DNA from: Escherichia coli
GTDB taxonomy: Bacteria > Pseudomonadota > Gammaproteobacteria > Enterobacterales > Enterobacteriaceae
Reading direction: 5' to 3' (one strand)
Length of the DNA: 64,000 bases
NCBI RefSeq assembly: GCF_003334385.1
Contig: NZ_QOWN01000015.1
Within the stretch, counting starts at the first letter, position 1, and every line of letters begins with the position of its first letter. The position numbers and the translations under genes are program-made. Shown here in pieces: positions 47,548 through 59,964 of the stretch. The notes under the pieces were generated by a model. That model was not told the DNA's origin, made no database searches, and saw only the letters and a list, made by a program, of their open reading frames with translations.

Positions 47548-48042
47548 ATGGTAGATAGCAAGAAGCGCCCTGGCAAAGATCTCGACCGTATCGATCGTAA
47601 CATTCTTAATGAGTTGCAAAAGGATGGGCGTATTTCTAACGTCGAGCTTTCTAAACGTGTGGGACTTTCCCCAACGCCGTGCCTTGAGCGTGTGCGTCGG
47701 CTGGAAAGACAAGGGTTTATTCAGGGCTATACGGCGCTGCTTAACCCCCATTATCTGGATGCATCACTTCTGGTATTCGTTGAGATTACTCTGAATCGTG
47801 GCGCACCGGATGTGTTTGAACAATTCAATACCGCTGTACAAAAACTTGAAGAAATTCAGGAGTGTCATTTAGTATCCGGTGATTTCGACTACCTGTTGAA
47901 AACACGCGTGCCGGATATGTCAGCCTACCGTAAGTTGCTGGGGGAAACCCTGCTGCGTCTGCCTGGCGTCAATGACACACGGACATACGTTGTTATGGAA
48001 GAAGTCAAGCAGAGTAATCGTCTGGTTATTAAGACGCGCTAA
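47548..48042 (+). CDS. lrp: Leucine-responsive regulatory protein Lrp, 164 aa
   Basis: MVDSKKRPGKDLDRIDRNILNELQKDGRISNVELSKRVGLSPTPCLERVRRLE...; ATG 47548 chosen over the upstream ORF start. Confidence 0.95.
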   Translation: MVDSKKRPGKDLDRIDRNILNELQKDGRISNVELSKRVGLSPTPCLERVRRLERQGFIQGYTALLNPHYLDASLLVFVEITLNRGAPDVFEQFNTAVQKLEEIQECHLVSGDFDYLLKTRVPDMSAYRKLLGETLLRLPGVNDTRTYVVMEEVKQSNRLVIKTR

Positions 48043-48176
48043 CACGGAACAGGTGCAAAATCGGCGTATTTTGATTACACTCCTGTTAATCCATACAGCA
48101 ACAGTACTGGGGTAACCTGGTACTGTTGTCCGTTTTAGCATCGGGCAGGAAAAGCCTGTAACCTGGAGAGCCTTTC

Positions 48177-51100
48177 TTGAGCCAGGAATACACTGAAGAC
48201 AAAGAAGTCACATTGACAAAGTTAAGTAGCGGCCGCCGCCTTCTGGAGGCGTTGCTGATCCTTATTGTCCTGTTTGCCGTCTGGTTGATGGCTGCCTTAC
48301 TAAGCTTTAACCCTTCGGACCCCAGCTGGTCGCAAACGGCCTGGCATGAACCTATCCATAATTTAGGTGGGATGCCCGGTGCGTGGTTGGCAGATACGCT
48401 GTTCTTTATTTTTGGCGTGATGGCTTACACCATTCCCGTCATTATTGTCGGCGGTTGTTGGTTTGCCTGGCGTCATCAGTCCAGCGACGAATACATTGAT
48501 TATTTTGCCGTTTCGCTACGCATCATTGGCGTTTTGGCGCTCATCCTTACCTCCTGTGGTCTGGCGGCAATCAACGCTGACGATATCTGGTATTTTGCCT
48601 CCGGTGGCGTCATTGGCAGCTTACTAAGCACTACGCTACAACCACTGCTACACAGTAGCGGGGGAACTATTGCGCTGCTCTGCGTTTGGGCAGCGGGCCT
48701 GACGTTGTTCACCGGTTGGTCATGGGTGACCATTGCTGAAAAACTCGGCGGCTGGATTTTAAACATTCTCACCTTCGCCAGTAATCGTACCCGTCGCGAT
48801 GATACCTGGGTCGATGAAGATGAGTATGAAGACGACGAAGAGTATGAAGATGAAAATCACGGCAAACAGCATGAATCACGCCGTGCCCGTATTCTTCGCG
48901 GCGCGCTAGCGCGTCGTAAACGGTTGGCGGAAAAATTCATTAATCCGATGGGGCGGCAAACAGACGCTGCGTTGTTCTCCGGTAAGCGGATGGATGATGA
49001 CGAAGAGATTACCTACACTGCACGCGGTGTGGCTGCCGACCCGGACGACGTCCTATTTTCGGGCAATCGTGCAACGCAGCCAGAATATGACGAATACGAT
49101 CCATTATTAAACGGTGCGCCAATTACCGAACCTGTCGCTGTAGCAGCTGCTGCTACCACGGCGACACAAAGCTGGGCTGCGCCGGTTGAACCTGTGACTC
49201 AGACGCCGCCTGTTGCCTCTGTTGATGTTCCACCTGCGCAACCTACAGTAGCCTGGCAGCCTGTACCGGGTCCACAAACGGGAGAGCCGGTTATTGCTCC
49301 TGCACCGGAAGGTTACCCACAGCAGTCACAATATGCGCAGCCTGCAGTGCAATATAATGAGCCGCTGCAACAACCAGTACAGCCGCAGCAGCCGTATTAT
49401 GCACCTGCAGCTGAACAACCTGCGCAACAGCCGTATTATGCCCCTGCGCCAGAACAACCGGTGGCAGGTAACGCCTGGCAAGCCGAAGAGCAGCAATCCA
49501 CTTTTGCTCCACAGTCTACATACCAGACTGAGCAAACTTATCAGCAGCCAGCCGCTCAGGAGCCGTTGTACCAACAGCCGCAACCCGTTGAACAGCAGCC
49601 TGTTGTGGAGCCTGAACCCGTTGTAGAAGAGACAAAACCCGCGCGTCCGCCGCTTTACTACTTTGAAGAAGTTGAAGAGAAGCGAGCCCGTGAACGTGAA
49701 CAACTTGCGGCCTGGTATCAACCGATTCCAGAACCGGTTAAAGAACCAGAACCGATCAAATCTTCGCTGAAAGCACCTTCTGTTGCAGCAGTACCTCCAG
49801 TAGAAGCCGCTGCCGCTGTTTCCCCGCTGGCATCTGGCGTGAAAAAAGCGACACTGGCGACGGGGGCTGCCGCAACCGTTGCCGCGCCAGTCTTCAGTCT
49901 GGCAAATAGCGGTGGACCGCGTCCTCAGGTCAAAGAGGGGATTGGTCCGCAGTTGCCACGACCGAAACGTATCCGCGTGCCAACTCGTCGTGAACTGGCG
50001 TCTTACGGTATTAAGCTGCCCTCACAGCGTGCGGCGGAAGAAAAAGCCCGTGAAGCCCAGCGCAATCAGTACGATTCTGGCGATCAGTACAACGATGATG
50101 AAATCGATGCGATGCAGCAGGATGAACTGGCACGTCAGTTCGCCCAGACACAGCAGCAACGCTATGGCGAACAGTATCAACATGATGTGCCCGTAAACGC
50201 AGAAGATGCAGATGCTGCGGCAGAGGCTGAACTGGCTCGTCAGTTTGCGCAAACTCAACAACAACGTTATTCCGGCGAACAACCGGCTGGGGCGAATCCG
50301 TTCTCGCTGGATGATTTTGAATTTTCGCCAATGAAAGCGTTGCTGGATGATGGTCTACACGAACCGTTGTTTACGCCAATTGTTGAACCTGTACAGCAGC
50401 CGCAACAACCGGTTGCACCGCAGCAGCAATATCAGCAGCCGCAACAACCAGTTCCGCCGCAGCCGCAGTATCAGCAGCCACAACAGCCGGTTGCGCCGCA
50501 GCCACAATATCAGCAGCCGCAACAACCGGTTGCGCCACAGCAGCAATATCAGCAGCCGCAACAACCGGTTGCGCCGCAGCAGCAGTATCAGCAGCCACAA
50601 CAGCCAGTTGCGCCACAACCGCAGGATACCCTGCTTCATCCGCTGTTGATGCGTAATGGCGACAGCCGTCCGTTGCATAAACCGACGACGCCGCTGCCTT
50701 CTCTGGATTTGCTGACACCGCCGCCGAGCGAAGTGGAGCCGGTAGATACCTTTGCGCTTGAACAAATGGCTCGCCTGGTGGAAGCGCGTCTGGCTGATTT
50801 CCGTATTAAAGCCGATGTCGTCAATTACTCTCCGGGGCCGGTTATCACTCGCTTTGAATTGAACCTGGCACCGGGCGTAAAAGCGGCGCGCATTTCTAAC
50901 TTGTCACGGGACCTTGCCCGTTCACTTTCGACGGTGGCGGTGCGTGTCGTTGAAGTTATTCCTGGCAAACCCTATGTAGGTCTGGAGTTACCGAATAAAA
51001 AACGACAAACCGTTTATCTGCGCGAAGTTTTGGATAACGCCAAATTCCGCGATAATCCGTCGCCATTAACCGTGGTGCTGGGTAAAGATATCGCCGGTGA

Positions 51101-52166
51101 GCCGGTGGTTGCCGATCTGGCGAAAATGCCGCACTTGTTGGTTGCGGGGACTACCGGTTCCGGTAAATCTGTCGGTGTGAACGCGATGATCCTGAGCATG
51201 CTTTATAAAGCACAGCCAGAAGATGTGCGTTTCATCATGATCGACCCGAAAATGCTGGAGCTTTCGGTTTATGAAGGCATTCCGCATCTGTTAACGGAAG
51301 TCGTTACTGATATGAAAGATGCCGCCAACGCGCTGCGCTGGTGTGTTAACGAGATGGAGCGTCGGTATAAACTGATGTCTGCGCTGGGTGTGCGTAATCT
51401 GGCGGGTTATAACGAAAAAATTGCTGAAGCCGATCGCATGATGCGTCCGATTCCAGACCCGTACTGGAAGCCGGGTGACAGTATGGATGCCCAGCATCCG
51501 GTGCTGAAAAAAGAACCATACATTGTGGTGTTGGTTGACGAATTTGCCGACCTGATGATGACGGTAGGTAAAAAAGTGGAAGAGCTGATAGCACGTCTGG
51601 CGCAAAAAGCCCGTGCCGCGGGTATCCACCTCGTACTGGCAACTCAGCGTCCATCGGTTGATGTTATTACTGGTCTGATTAAAGCGAATATTCCGACCCG
51701 TATCGCCTTTACCGTATCCAGTAAGATTGACTCACGTACCATTCTTGATCAGGCTGGCGCGGAATCACTGCTGGGTATGGGGGATATGCTCTACTCTGGG
51801 CCGAACTCCACGTTGCCGGTACGTGTCCATGGTGCTTTTGTTCGCGATCAGGAAGTTCATGCCGTGGTGCAGGACTGGAAAGCGCGTGGTCGCCCACAGT
51901 ATGTTGATGGCATCACCTCCGACAGCGAAAGCGAAGGTGGTGCGGGTGGTTTCGATGGCGCTGAAGAACTGGATCCGTTGTTCGATCAGGCGGTGCAGTT
52001 TGTCACTGAAAAACGCAAAGCGTCAATTTCTGGCGTACAGCGTCAGTTCCGCATTGGTTATAACCGTGCAGCGCGTATTATCGAACAGATGGAAGCGCAG
52101 GGGATTGTCAGCGAACAGGGGCACAACGGTAATCGTGAAGTGCTGGCCCCACCGCCGTTTGACTAA
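48177..52166 (+). CDS. ftsK: DNA translocase FtsK (N-terminal membrane domain, Pro/Gln-rich linker, C-terminal motor plus gamma domain), 1329 aa, TTG start
   Basis: [33 protein letters not shown]...; Walker A GTTGSGKS; start codon at 48177 is TTG. Confidence 0.95.
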   Translation: MSQEYTEDKEVTLTKLSSGRRLLEALLILIVLFAVWLMAALLSFNPSDPSWSQTAWHEPIHNLGGMPGAWLADTLFFIFGVMAYTIPVIIVGGCWFAWRHQSSDEYIDYFAVSLRIIGVLALILTSCGLAAINADDIWYFASGGVIGSLLSTTLQPLLHSSGGTIALLCVWAAGLTLFTGWSWVTIAEKLGGWILNILTFASNRTRRDDTWVDEDEYEDDEEYEDENHGKQHESRRARILRGALARRKRLAEKFINPMGRQTDAALFSGKRMDDDEEITYTARGVAADPDDVLFSGNRATQPEYDEYDPLLNGAPITEPVAVAAAATTATQSWAAPVEPVTQTPPVASVDVPPAQPTVAWQPVPGPQTGEPVIAPAPEGYPQQSQYAQPAVQYNEPLQQPVQPQQPYYAPAAEQPAQQPYYAPAPEQPVAGNAWQAEEQQSTFAPQSTYQTEQTYQQPAAQEPLYQQPQPVEQQPVVEPEPVVEETKPARPPLYYFEEVEEKRAREREQLAAWYQPIPEPVKEPEPIKSSLKAPSVAAVPPVEAAAAVSPLASGVKKATLATGAAATVAAPVFSLANSGGPRPQVKEGIGPQLPRPKRIRVPTRRELASYGIKLPSQRAAEEKAREAQRNQYDSGDQYNDDEIDAMQQDELARQFAQTQQQRYGEQYQHDVPVNAEDADAAAEAELARQFAQTQQQRYSGEQPAGANPFSLDDFEFSPMKALLDDGLHEPLFTPIVEPVQQPQQPVAPQQQYQQPQQPVPPQPQYQQPQQPVAPQPQYQQPQQPVAPQQQYQQPQQPVAPQQQYQQPQQPVAPQPQDTLLHPLLMRNGDSRPLHKPTTPLPSLDLLTPPPSEVEPVDTFALEQMARLVEARLADFRIKADVVNYSPGPVITRFELNLAPGVKAARISNLSRDLARSLSTVAVRVVEVIPGKPYVGLELPNKKRQTVYLREVLDNAKFRDNPSPLTVVLGKDIAGEPVVADLAKMPHLLVAGTTGSGKSVGVNAMILSMLYKAQPEDVRFIMIDPKMLELSVYEGIPHLLTEVVTDMKDAANALRWCVNEMERRYKLMSALGVRNLAGYNEKIAEADRMMRPIPDPYWKPGDSMDAQHPVLKKEPYIVVLVDEFADLMMTVGKKVEELIARLAQKARAAGIHLVLATQRPSVDVITGLIKANIPTRIAFTVSSKIDSRTILDQAGAESLLGMGDMLYSGPNSTLPVRVHGAFVRDQEVHAVVQDWKARGRPQYVDGITSDSESEGGAGGFDGAEELDPLFDQAVQFVTEKRKASISGVQRQFRIGYNRAARIIEQMEAQGIVSEQGHNGNREVLAPPPFD
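50394..50627 (+). repeat. Six tandem 39-bp (13-codon) repeats encoding [17 protein letters not shown] units in the FtsK linker
   Basis: Units begin at 50394, 50433, 50472, 50511, 50550 and 50589 with few substitutions. Confidence 0.9.
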
Positions 52167-52178
52167 CTAATGCATCGT

Positions 52179-52214
52179 ATGCCGGATAAGGCGCGGTAGC
52201 GTCGCATCCGGCAC
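52179..52214. repeat. REP element between ftsK and lolA
   Basis: atgccggataaggcgcggtagcgtcgcatccggcac matches the REP consensus. Confidence 0.7.
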
Positions 52215-52324
52215 TCTATCAACTGAAAATTCAGTATTTTCTTCTTTCCTCAAGCTGATTATTAGCCTGGAATAGAGAGTAGAGGGAACTCCCGATCGGG
52301 AGTGACGTAATTTGAGGAATAATG

Positions 52325-52936
52325 ATGAAAAAAATTGCCATCACCTGTGCATTACTCTCAAGCTTAGTAGCAAGCAGCGTTTGGGCTGATGCCGCAAGCG
52401 ATCTGAAAAGCCGCCTGGATAAAGTCAGCAGCTTCCACGCCAGCTTCACACAAAAAGTGACTGACGGTAGCGGCGCGGCGGTGCAGGAAGGTCAGGGCGA
52501 TCTGTGGGTGAAACGTCCAAACTTATTCAACTGGCATATGACACAACCTGATGAAAGCATTCTGGTTTCTGACGGTAAAACACTGTGGTTCTATAACCCG
52601 TTCGTTGAGCAAGCTACGGCAACCTGGCTGAAAGATGCCACCGGTAATACGCCGTTTATGCTGATTGCCCGCAACCAGTCCAGCGACTGGCAGCAGTACA
52701 ATATCAAACAGAATGGCGATGACTTTGTCCTGACGCCGAAAGCCAGCAATGGCAATCTGAAGCAGTTCACCATTAACGTGGGACGTGATGGCACAATCCA
52801 TCAGTTTAGCGCGGTGGAGCAGGACGATCAGCGCAGCAGTTATCAACTGAAATCCCAGCAAAATGGGGCTGTGGATGCAGCGAAATTTACCTTCACCCCG
52901 CCGCAAGGCGTCACGGTAGATGATCAACGTAAGTAG
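52325..52936 (+). CDS. lolA: Periplasmic lipoprotein chaperone LolA, 203 aa
   Basis: [34 protein letters not shown]...; second Met of the ORF taken as start. Confidence 0.95.
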
Positions 52937-52946
52937 AGGCACCTGA

Positions 52947-54290
52947 GTGAGCAATCTGTCGCTCGATTTTTCGGATAATACTTTTCAACCTCTGGCCGCG
53001 CGTATGCGGCCAGAAAATTTAGCACAGTATATCGGCCAGCAACATTTGCTGGCTGCGGGGAAGCCGTTGCCGCGCGCTATCGAAGCCGGGCATTTACATT
53101 CTATGATCCTCTGGGGGCCGCCGGGTACCGGCAAAACAACTCTCGCTGAAGTGATTGCCCGCTATGCGAACGCTGATGTGGAACGTATTTCTGCCGTCAC
53201 CTCTGGCGTGAAAGAGATTCGCGAGGCGATCGAGCGCGCCCGGCAAAACCGCAATGCAGGTCGCCGCACTATTCTTTTTGTTGACGAAGTTCACCGTTTC
53301 AACAAAAGCCAGCAGGATGCATTTCTGCCACATATTGAAGACGGCACCATCACTTTTATTGGCGCAACCACTGAAAACCCGTCGTTTGAGCTTAATTCGG
53401 CACTGCTTTCCCGTGCCCGTGTCTATCTGTTGAAATCCCTGAGTACAGAGGATATTGAGCAAGTACTAACTCAGGCGATGGAAGACAAAACCCGTGGCTA
53501 TGGTGGTCAGGATATTGTTCTGCCAGATGAAACACGACGCGCCATTGCTGAACTGGTGAATGGCGACGCGCGCCGGGCGTTAAATACGCTGGAAATGATG
53601 GCGGATATGGCCGAAGTCGATGATAGCGGTAAGCGGGTCCTGAAGCCTGAATTACTGACCGAAATCGCCGGTGAACGTAGCGCCCGCTTTGATAACAAAG
53701 GCGATCGCTTTTACGATCTGATTTCCGCACTGCATAAGTCGGTACGTGGTAGCGCACCCGATGCGGCGCTGTACTGGTATGCGCGAATTATTACCGCTGG
53801 TGGCGATCCGTTATATGTCGCGCGTCGCTGTCTGGCGATTGCGTCTGAAGACGTCGGTAATGCCGATCCACGGGCGATGCAGGTGGCAATTGCGGCCTGG
53901 GATTGCTTTACTCGCGTTGGCCCGGCGGAAGGTGAACGCGCCATTGCTCAGGCGATTGTTTACCTGGCCTGCGCGCCAAAAAGCAACGCTGTCTACACTG
54001 CGTTTAAAGCCGCGCTGGCCGATGCTCGCGAACGCCCGGATTATGACGTGCCGGTTCATTTGCGTAATGCGCCGACGAAATTAATGAAGGAAATGGGCTA
54101 CGGGCAGGAATATCGTTACGCTCATGATGAAGCAAACGCTTATGCTGCCGGTGAGGTTTACTTCCCGCCGGAAATAGCACAAACACGCTATTATTTCCCG
54201 ACAAACAGGGGCCTTGAAGGCAAGATTGGCGAAAAGCTCGCCTGGCTGGCTGAACAGGATCAAAATAGCCCCATAAAACGCTACCGTTAA
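52947..54290 (+). CDS. rarA: Replication-associated recombination protein RarA (MgsA/YcaJ), AAA+ ATPase, 447 aa, GTG start
   Basis: Walker [10 protein letters not shown]; Walker B FVDEVHR. Confidence 0.95.
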
Positions 54291-54359
54291 TGTTATCGTT
54301 GCGGTAATGTTGTTACTGTATCCCTGTGGTCGCAGGCTGTGGCCACATCTCCCATTTAA

Positions 54360-55673
<1,314 letters not shown>

Positions 55674-56183
55674 TACCCAATTTTTCTGAATCTAAAAAGC
55701 GCCTGCGGGCGGTTTTTGCATGAGATTAATTAACTGAAAATAAAAGGGATTTATTTTCAGGTGTCCATATAATGTCCATCTTTGAAACAAAAAAGCCCGC
55801 AGTTTTTACGCTACGGGCTTTGTTTTTCTTTGTGACTTGCGTGTGAGGGTGCTACTTTCGACCGAACCTTTGGCAACCGGATAGCGGGGGCTTTCACCCC
55901 CGCTGCGGTTTCTTACGGTTTACACTGCAAGAACGCCGCAAATTCTGACCACATGATGTTAAGTCTGAACTCACACGGCGAACGGTGTATCATCCAGACT
56001 GTCAACAACATGGTTAAGCATAAAATGCTCACGATGATCGTTTTTTGCGGCATAGCGCTTGCTCCTTTTTCAAAGAGGCGCTAACCTTCCACTTGCGAAG
56101 GTTAGATGGTTAGGGCCTCGGGTTAAACAAATGTTTGACTCGGGGCCTTTTCACATCCGGCCTTCAGGTAATCCTTCCAGCCG

Positions 56184-56486
56184 TCAGCCGAAAGGCACCC
56201 GCGCGTAATGTACAGTTTTTGACTGGGAGGTGCAATCGCCCAGGGGGAGGCTGAGTTGATCCCTTCCCCGGTGGCATGATTTGAAAGCGTCTGCGGGGAC
56301 GACTCCCCGTTCTTCGGTGGGTTGCGGACGGCATACGGTTCTCACGACAAACTCGTGCGTCACAAAGGTGGCGCTGCATTCAATGTTGTTGCACTGGTAA
56401 TATTTCTCCCTGATTGTTCCTGTATCGTTGGCGTCGCGGCTTGTTCTGGTGCGGGTACTTGCTCCGCAGTATGGGCAAGGATGCAT
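56184..56486 (-). CDS. ogr: Ogr/Delta-family zinc-finger late transcription activator, 100 aa
   Basis: N-terminus MHPCPYCGASTRTRTSRDANDTGTIREKYYQCNNIECSATFVTHE matches the P2 Ogr C-x2-C...C-x4-C zinc finger and flanking residues. Confidence 0.75.
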   Translation of the reverse strand: MHPCPYCGASTRTRTSRDANDTGTIREKYYQCNNIECSATFVTHEFVVRTVCRPQPTEERGVVPADAFKSCHRGRDQLSLPLGDCTSQSKTVHYARVPFG

Positions 56487-56527
56487 GATGGTCCCCCTGG
56501 CTGAAACGGGGTGGGCTCGCGCTCATT

Positions 56528-57673
56528 CTAGCCAGTCGTGGCGCGCTCTGCTATCCAGTCTGCGATTTTTGCTTCCAGCTCCAGTCTGGTGGTGAAGCCG
56601 CTGTCGTCGATGACGTGCTCAATGCGCGAAATAACCCAGTCCTGATTGTCAATGTCGCTCTTGAACCCGGATACCGTGCCGTGCATCTCCGGATACAGGT
56701 CGGCGCGTCCGCGCGCCAGCGTGATGCTGAATTCTGCTGCACCCCGCTGAAGTTGCTGCCAGCGTGCGGCAGCTGCGCGACGCGCGGCTTCTTCGTTCGG
56801 GTAGGTTTTTCTCAGCACATACACATTGCCTTCTGCGCCTTCCATGTATCCACCCTCCCGTGAACTGCTTTTCTCCGGCTTCTGTGTGGTTTTCGCGTTT
56901 CGCTTTTTCACGTTCACGGCCTTCTTCTGGCCGAACTTTAAATCCAGCCAGTAAGCTTTCACTCCGGTATAGGCTTTTCTGTCAGCAATGCGAAAGCGAT
57001 GACTGTCGCCATCCGAGCGGGTCAGGGCGAATGAGGGGAGGGCGCGCCCGCTGGCTGTCACACCGCCACCCGGCAGAATGAACAGCAGGCATCCGTTTTT
57101 TACGGTGGTTATTGCACCCAGCATGTCAGCCATGCGCGTGAGGAACGAGATGTCGCTTTCCTCTGTCTGGTCTGCATGGTCGATTTCGATATTCATCAGC
57201 ATTTCGCTGATTTGTGCTTTCAGTCCGTAACGGTGCGCGATGGCAGATACCACACGCTCAACGGTCACGTCATGCCAGGAGACTTCGCGTTTCACGTTAA
57301 ACTCTTCGCGAAAATCCGCACTGTTCGCGGATATGGTCAGCTTATCCGGCGGACCTTCGTGGCTCACTTCGTCCACCACAAACGTTCCCTTGCGAGTGAG
57401 GCTTTCACCTTTCCATCCCATCGCCAGCGATAATCGTGTTCCGCGTTCCGGAAGTACCACCCCGCCCTCGGCGTCGTCGATTTCCAGTGTCACCCTGTCA
57501 GCCTCAAAACCCCTGTTGTCTGTCATGGTCAGGCTCATGATGCGCTGCGTGATGTTCTTCAGGCTGGCATCTTTCCCTTCCAGTGTGATAGTGAAGTCTG
57601 GCACCCTAACGGTATCTTCCGCTGCATCCAGTGCGCTGTTGATGTGATGTGTTACTGATTCAGTGATGCTCAT
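56528..57673 (-). CDS. P2 gpD-like tail protein (late control D), 381 aa
   Basis: Resembles P2 gpD (…LSLAMGWKGESLTRKGTFVVDEVSHEGPPDKLTISANSA…, …SGFKSDIDNQDWVISRIEHVIDDSGFTTRLELE…). Confidence 0.8.
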   Translation of the reverse strand: MSITESVTHHINSALDAAEDTVRVPDFTITLEGKDASLKNITQRIMSLTMTDNRGFEADRVTLEIDDAEGGVVLPERGTRLSLAMGWKGESLTRKGTFVVDEVSHEGPPDKLTISANSADFREEFNVKREVSWHDVTVERVVSAIAHRYGLKAQISEMLMNIEIDHADQTEESDISFLTRMADMLGAITTVKNGCLLFILPGGGVTASGRALPSFALTRSDGDSHRFRIADRKAYTGVKAYWLDLKFGQKKAVNVKKRNAKTTQKPEKSSSREGGYMEGAEGNVYVLRKTYPNEEAARRAAAARWQQLQRGAAEFSITLARGRADLYPEMHGTVSGFKSDIDNQDWVISRIEHVIDDSGFTTRLELEAKIADWIAERATTG

Positions 57674-57733
57674 GATATCCCTCCCGTGTGCGTATCATCC
57701 CACGCGTACCTTGTCGTTTCTGTCCGGCTCTGT

Positions 57734-57751
57734 TGTAAAAAAATCCCCACA
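57734..57751. promoter_or_regulatory. TGT-N12-ACA dyad, the signature of Ogr-dependent P2 late promoters, in the D/FI divergent intergenic region
   Basis: tgtaaaaaaatccccaca; centre is about 85 bp upstream of the FI ATG (57827) and about 70 bp upstream of the D ATG (57673). Confidence 0.45.
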
Positions 57752-57826
57752 GCCCGCATCAGGTGAGGGCTGTGCGCCAATGGTGGATTATTCAGGCGAG
57801 CATAAACACAACTGATGGTGAATCGT

Positions 57827-59020
57827 ATGGCTGAAAAACGATTTCACGGTGTGCGCGTCACGGAGAATACCGACCTTGTGACGGCCATTAATGACGTTGA
57901 TTCCAGCGTCATTGGTATTGTTGCCGTTGCAGATGATGCGGATACCGGGCAGTTCCCCCTTAACAAGCCAGTGCTGATTACCCGTGTATCTTCTGTTCTG
58001 GGGAAGGCCGGGAAAGCGGGCACGCTTTATAAGGCCCTTAAAGCGATATCTGACCAGGTCAGTACACGGGTGATTGTCGTTCGCGTGGAGGCGGCAAAAG
58101 AGGGGGCTGAGAATAAAACACAGGATCAACTGGTCATTGGTACCACGGAAGAAGACGGAAGCTACAGCGGTATGCAGGCGCTTCTGGTTGCCGAACAGAT
58201 GGAAGGTATTGGTTGCCGACCCCGCATTCTTGCCGCTCCGGGCCTTGAATCGGATGCTGTCACGGCTGCACTGGTGACTGTTGCCGGAAAAATGCGCGCA
58301 TTTGCGTATTCCGGCTGCCCTGGCTGCACAAAACCGTCCGATGCTATTGCGTTCCGTAAAAAGATTTCCGGTCGCGAAATCATGCTTCTGTGGCCTGATT
58401 TCATTGCGTTCAACCCGGTGTCCGGTAAAAACGAAACCTTCCCGGCTGCGGCGTATGCGTGCGGTCTTCGTGCCCGACTCGACCATGAACAGGGCTGGCA
58501 TCGCTCCCTTTCTAACATGCCTGTGAAAAATGTTCTTGGGGTGTCAGCGTCTGTTTCCTGGTCACTTCAGGATGAAAACAGCGATGCCAACACGCTGAAC
58601 AACAGCGAGGTGACCACTCTTATTCACCAGGGCGACGGCTCCTTCCGTTTCTGGGGTAACCGTACGCCGGAAACTGCGGAGTACATCTTTGAGGTGTACA
58701 CACGTACGGCGCAGCAACTGGCTGACACCATTGCGGAGGCGCAACTTCAGATAGTGGATTCACCGCTTACGCCTGCCAATGCTAAGGATGCCGTGAGCGC
58801 TATCAAGGCAAAGCTGGATGCACTGGTGACAGCCGGAAAACTCATCGGGGCTGAGTGCTGGTTCGATATCATCGACAACGGCACAACCAGTCTTCGTCAG
58901 GGCATTGTGCGTATTCGCTACAAATACACGCCTGTTCCGCCGATGGAGTGTATGGAACTCTATCAGACGTTTACCGACGAGTTCTTCAGCTCTGCTTTTG
59001 CATCTCTTGGAGGTAGCTAA
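57827..59020 (+). CDS. Contractile tail sheath protein (P2 FI-like), 397 aa
   Basis: MAEKRFHGVRV..., FPLNKPVLITRV, DHEQGWHRSLSN, FRFWGNRT, YTRTAQ motifs match P2 FI; start trimmed to ATG 57827. Confidence 0.9.
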   Translation: MAEKRFHGVRVTENTDLVTAINDVDSSVIGIVAVADDADTGQFPLNKPVLITRVSSVLGKAGKAGTLYKALKAISDQVSTRVIVVRVEAAKEGAENKTQDQLVIGTTEEDGSYSGMQALLVAEQMEGIGCRPRILAAPGLESDAVTAALVTVAGKMRAFAYSGCPGCTKPSDAIAFRKKISGREIMLLWPDFIAFNPVSGKNETFPAAAYACGLRARLDHEQGWHRSLSNMPVKNVLGVSASVSWSLQDENSDANTLNNSEVTTLIHQGDGSFRFWGNRTPETAEYIFEVYTRTAQQLADTIAEAQLQIVDSPLTPANAKDAVSAIKAKLDALVTAGKLIGAECWFDIIDNGTTSLRQGIVRIRYKYTPVPPMECMELYQTFTDEFFSSAFASLGGS

Positions 59021-59532
59021 TGGCCGTACCAAAAAAACTTCGTGTGTTTACCGTCTTTGTGGACGGTGACAACAGGCTGGGAAAGGTGACGTCTTTTACC
59101 CCGCCAAAACTGACCCGTAAAACAGAGTCGTATCGCGGGGCGGGGATGCCAGGCTCTGCGTCGGTGGATCTCGGTCTTGATGATGGTGCACTGGATCTCT
59201 CCTTTGCGGTTGGTGGCGTCGATCGTCACATCTTTGCCAAATACGCCGCCGGTATTGATGCCGTGCGTGTTCGCTTCTCGGGTGAATACTATTCCGAAGA
59301 AGGGATTGAGTACGTCGATATTGAAGCCCGTGGTCGCATTGTCGAAATCGACAAGGGCGAGGCCAAACAGGGTGAAGATACCGAACATACCTATGCGATG
59401 AAATGCACCTGGTACAAGCTCAGCGTTGATAACAGCGATGTTATTGAAATCGACGTGCTGAACTTCATCTGGCGCATTGATGGTAAGGATGTTCTTCCTG
59501 ACCGCACCCGCTCCATGCTGGGGCTTGGCTGA
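59020..59532 (+). CDS. Tail tube protein (P2 FII-like), 170 aa
   Basis: MAVPKKLRVFTVFVDG...PPKLTRKTESYRGAGMPGSASVDLGLDDGALD matches P2 FII; ATG overlaps the FI stop (TAATG) with GGAGG Shine-Dalgarno. Confidence 0.9.
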   Translation: MAVPKKLRVFTVFVDGDNRLGKVTSFTPPKLTRKTESYRGAGMPGSASVDLGLDDGALDLSFAVGGVDRHIFAKYAAGIDAVRVRFSGEYYSEEGIEYVDIEARGRIVEIDKGEAKQGEDTEHTYAMKCTWYKLSVDNSDVIEIDVLNFIWRIDGKDVLPDRTRSMLGLG

Positions 59533-59583
59533 TAGTTAAATCTGATAACAGGGGCGGCGTCCTGTTGCCCCGGGAGAAAAATA

Positions 59584-59964
59584 ATGGATCAGACTGAAGA
59601 AAATATCGTGACGAATGACACAGATGCTGTGACGAATGGAGACACGGAAAACGCAGAGGCGATCGCAAATGACACGGTTAATCTCAGGGTTCCTGTTGTC
59701 TGCGGTAATAAGACGGTTTCCAGCGTGAAGATTGGGGCGCTTGCGCGTCAGGTGGGCTCGCTTCGAGGGATCCGCATGACGGACCTGTTCAACACCGATG
59801 TTGATGCTGCCGCCATTTTTCTGGAACGCGTAACTGAACCTCACCTCAGCCGCGCGGCACTTATGTCAATGTGCCCGGAAGACTTCTTTAAACTGTACGA
59901 GGTGGCAGTCGGTTTTTTGCTTCCCTCGTCAGCGAAGAAGGCGCAGGAGGCGGGCGGCGCGTAA
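59584..59964 (+). CDS. Tail assembly chaperone gpE-like (0-frame product), 126 aa
   Basis: Position between the tube and tape-measure genes; carries a TTTTTTG slippery heptamer near its 3' end. Confidence 0.75.
   Translation: MDQTEENIVTNDTDAVTNGDTENAEAIANDTVNLRVPVVCGNKTVSSVKIGALARQVGSLRGIRMTDLFNTDVDAAAIFLERVTEPHLSRAALMSMCPEDFFKLYEVAVGFLLPSSAKKAQEAGGA

Noticed and set aside
47302-47751. 149-aa minus-strand ORF overlapping the lrp start
   Set aside because: Antisense to the lrp 5' region and promoter; Lrp on the plus strand is unambiguous.
50347-50765. Several 100-136-aa ORFs on both strands (RRNR- and AAAD-rich translations)
   Set aside because: Frame artefacts of the 39-bp tandem repeat array inside ftsK.
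56010-56084. 24-codon plus-strand ORF encoding hydrophobic peptide MVKHKMLTMIVFCGIALAPFSKRR in the serS-ogr junction
   Set aside because: Considered as a type I toxin-like or leader peptide, but there is no convincing Shine-Dalgarno or promoter and it is too short to support without conservation or expression data.
56164-56379. 71-aa minus-strand ORF overlapping ogr
   Set aside because: Out of frame with the ogr-like zinc-finger ORF, which has clear family features.
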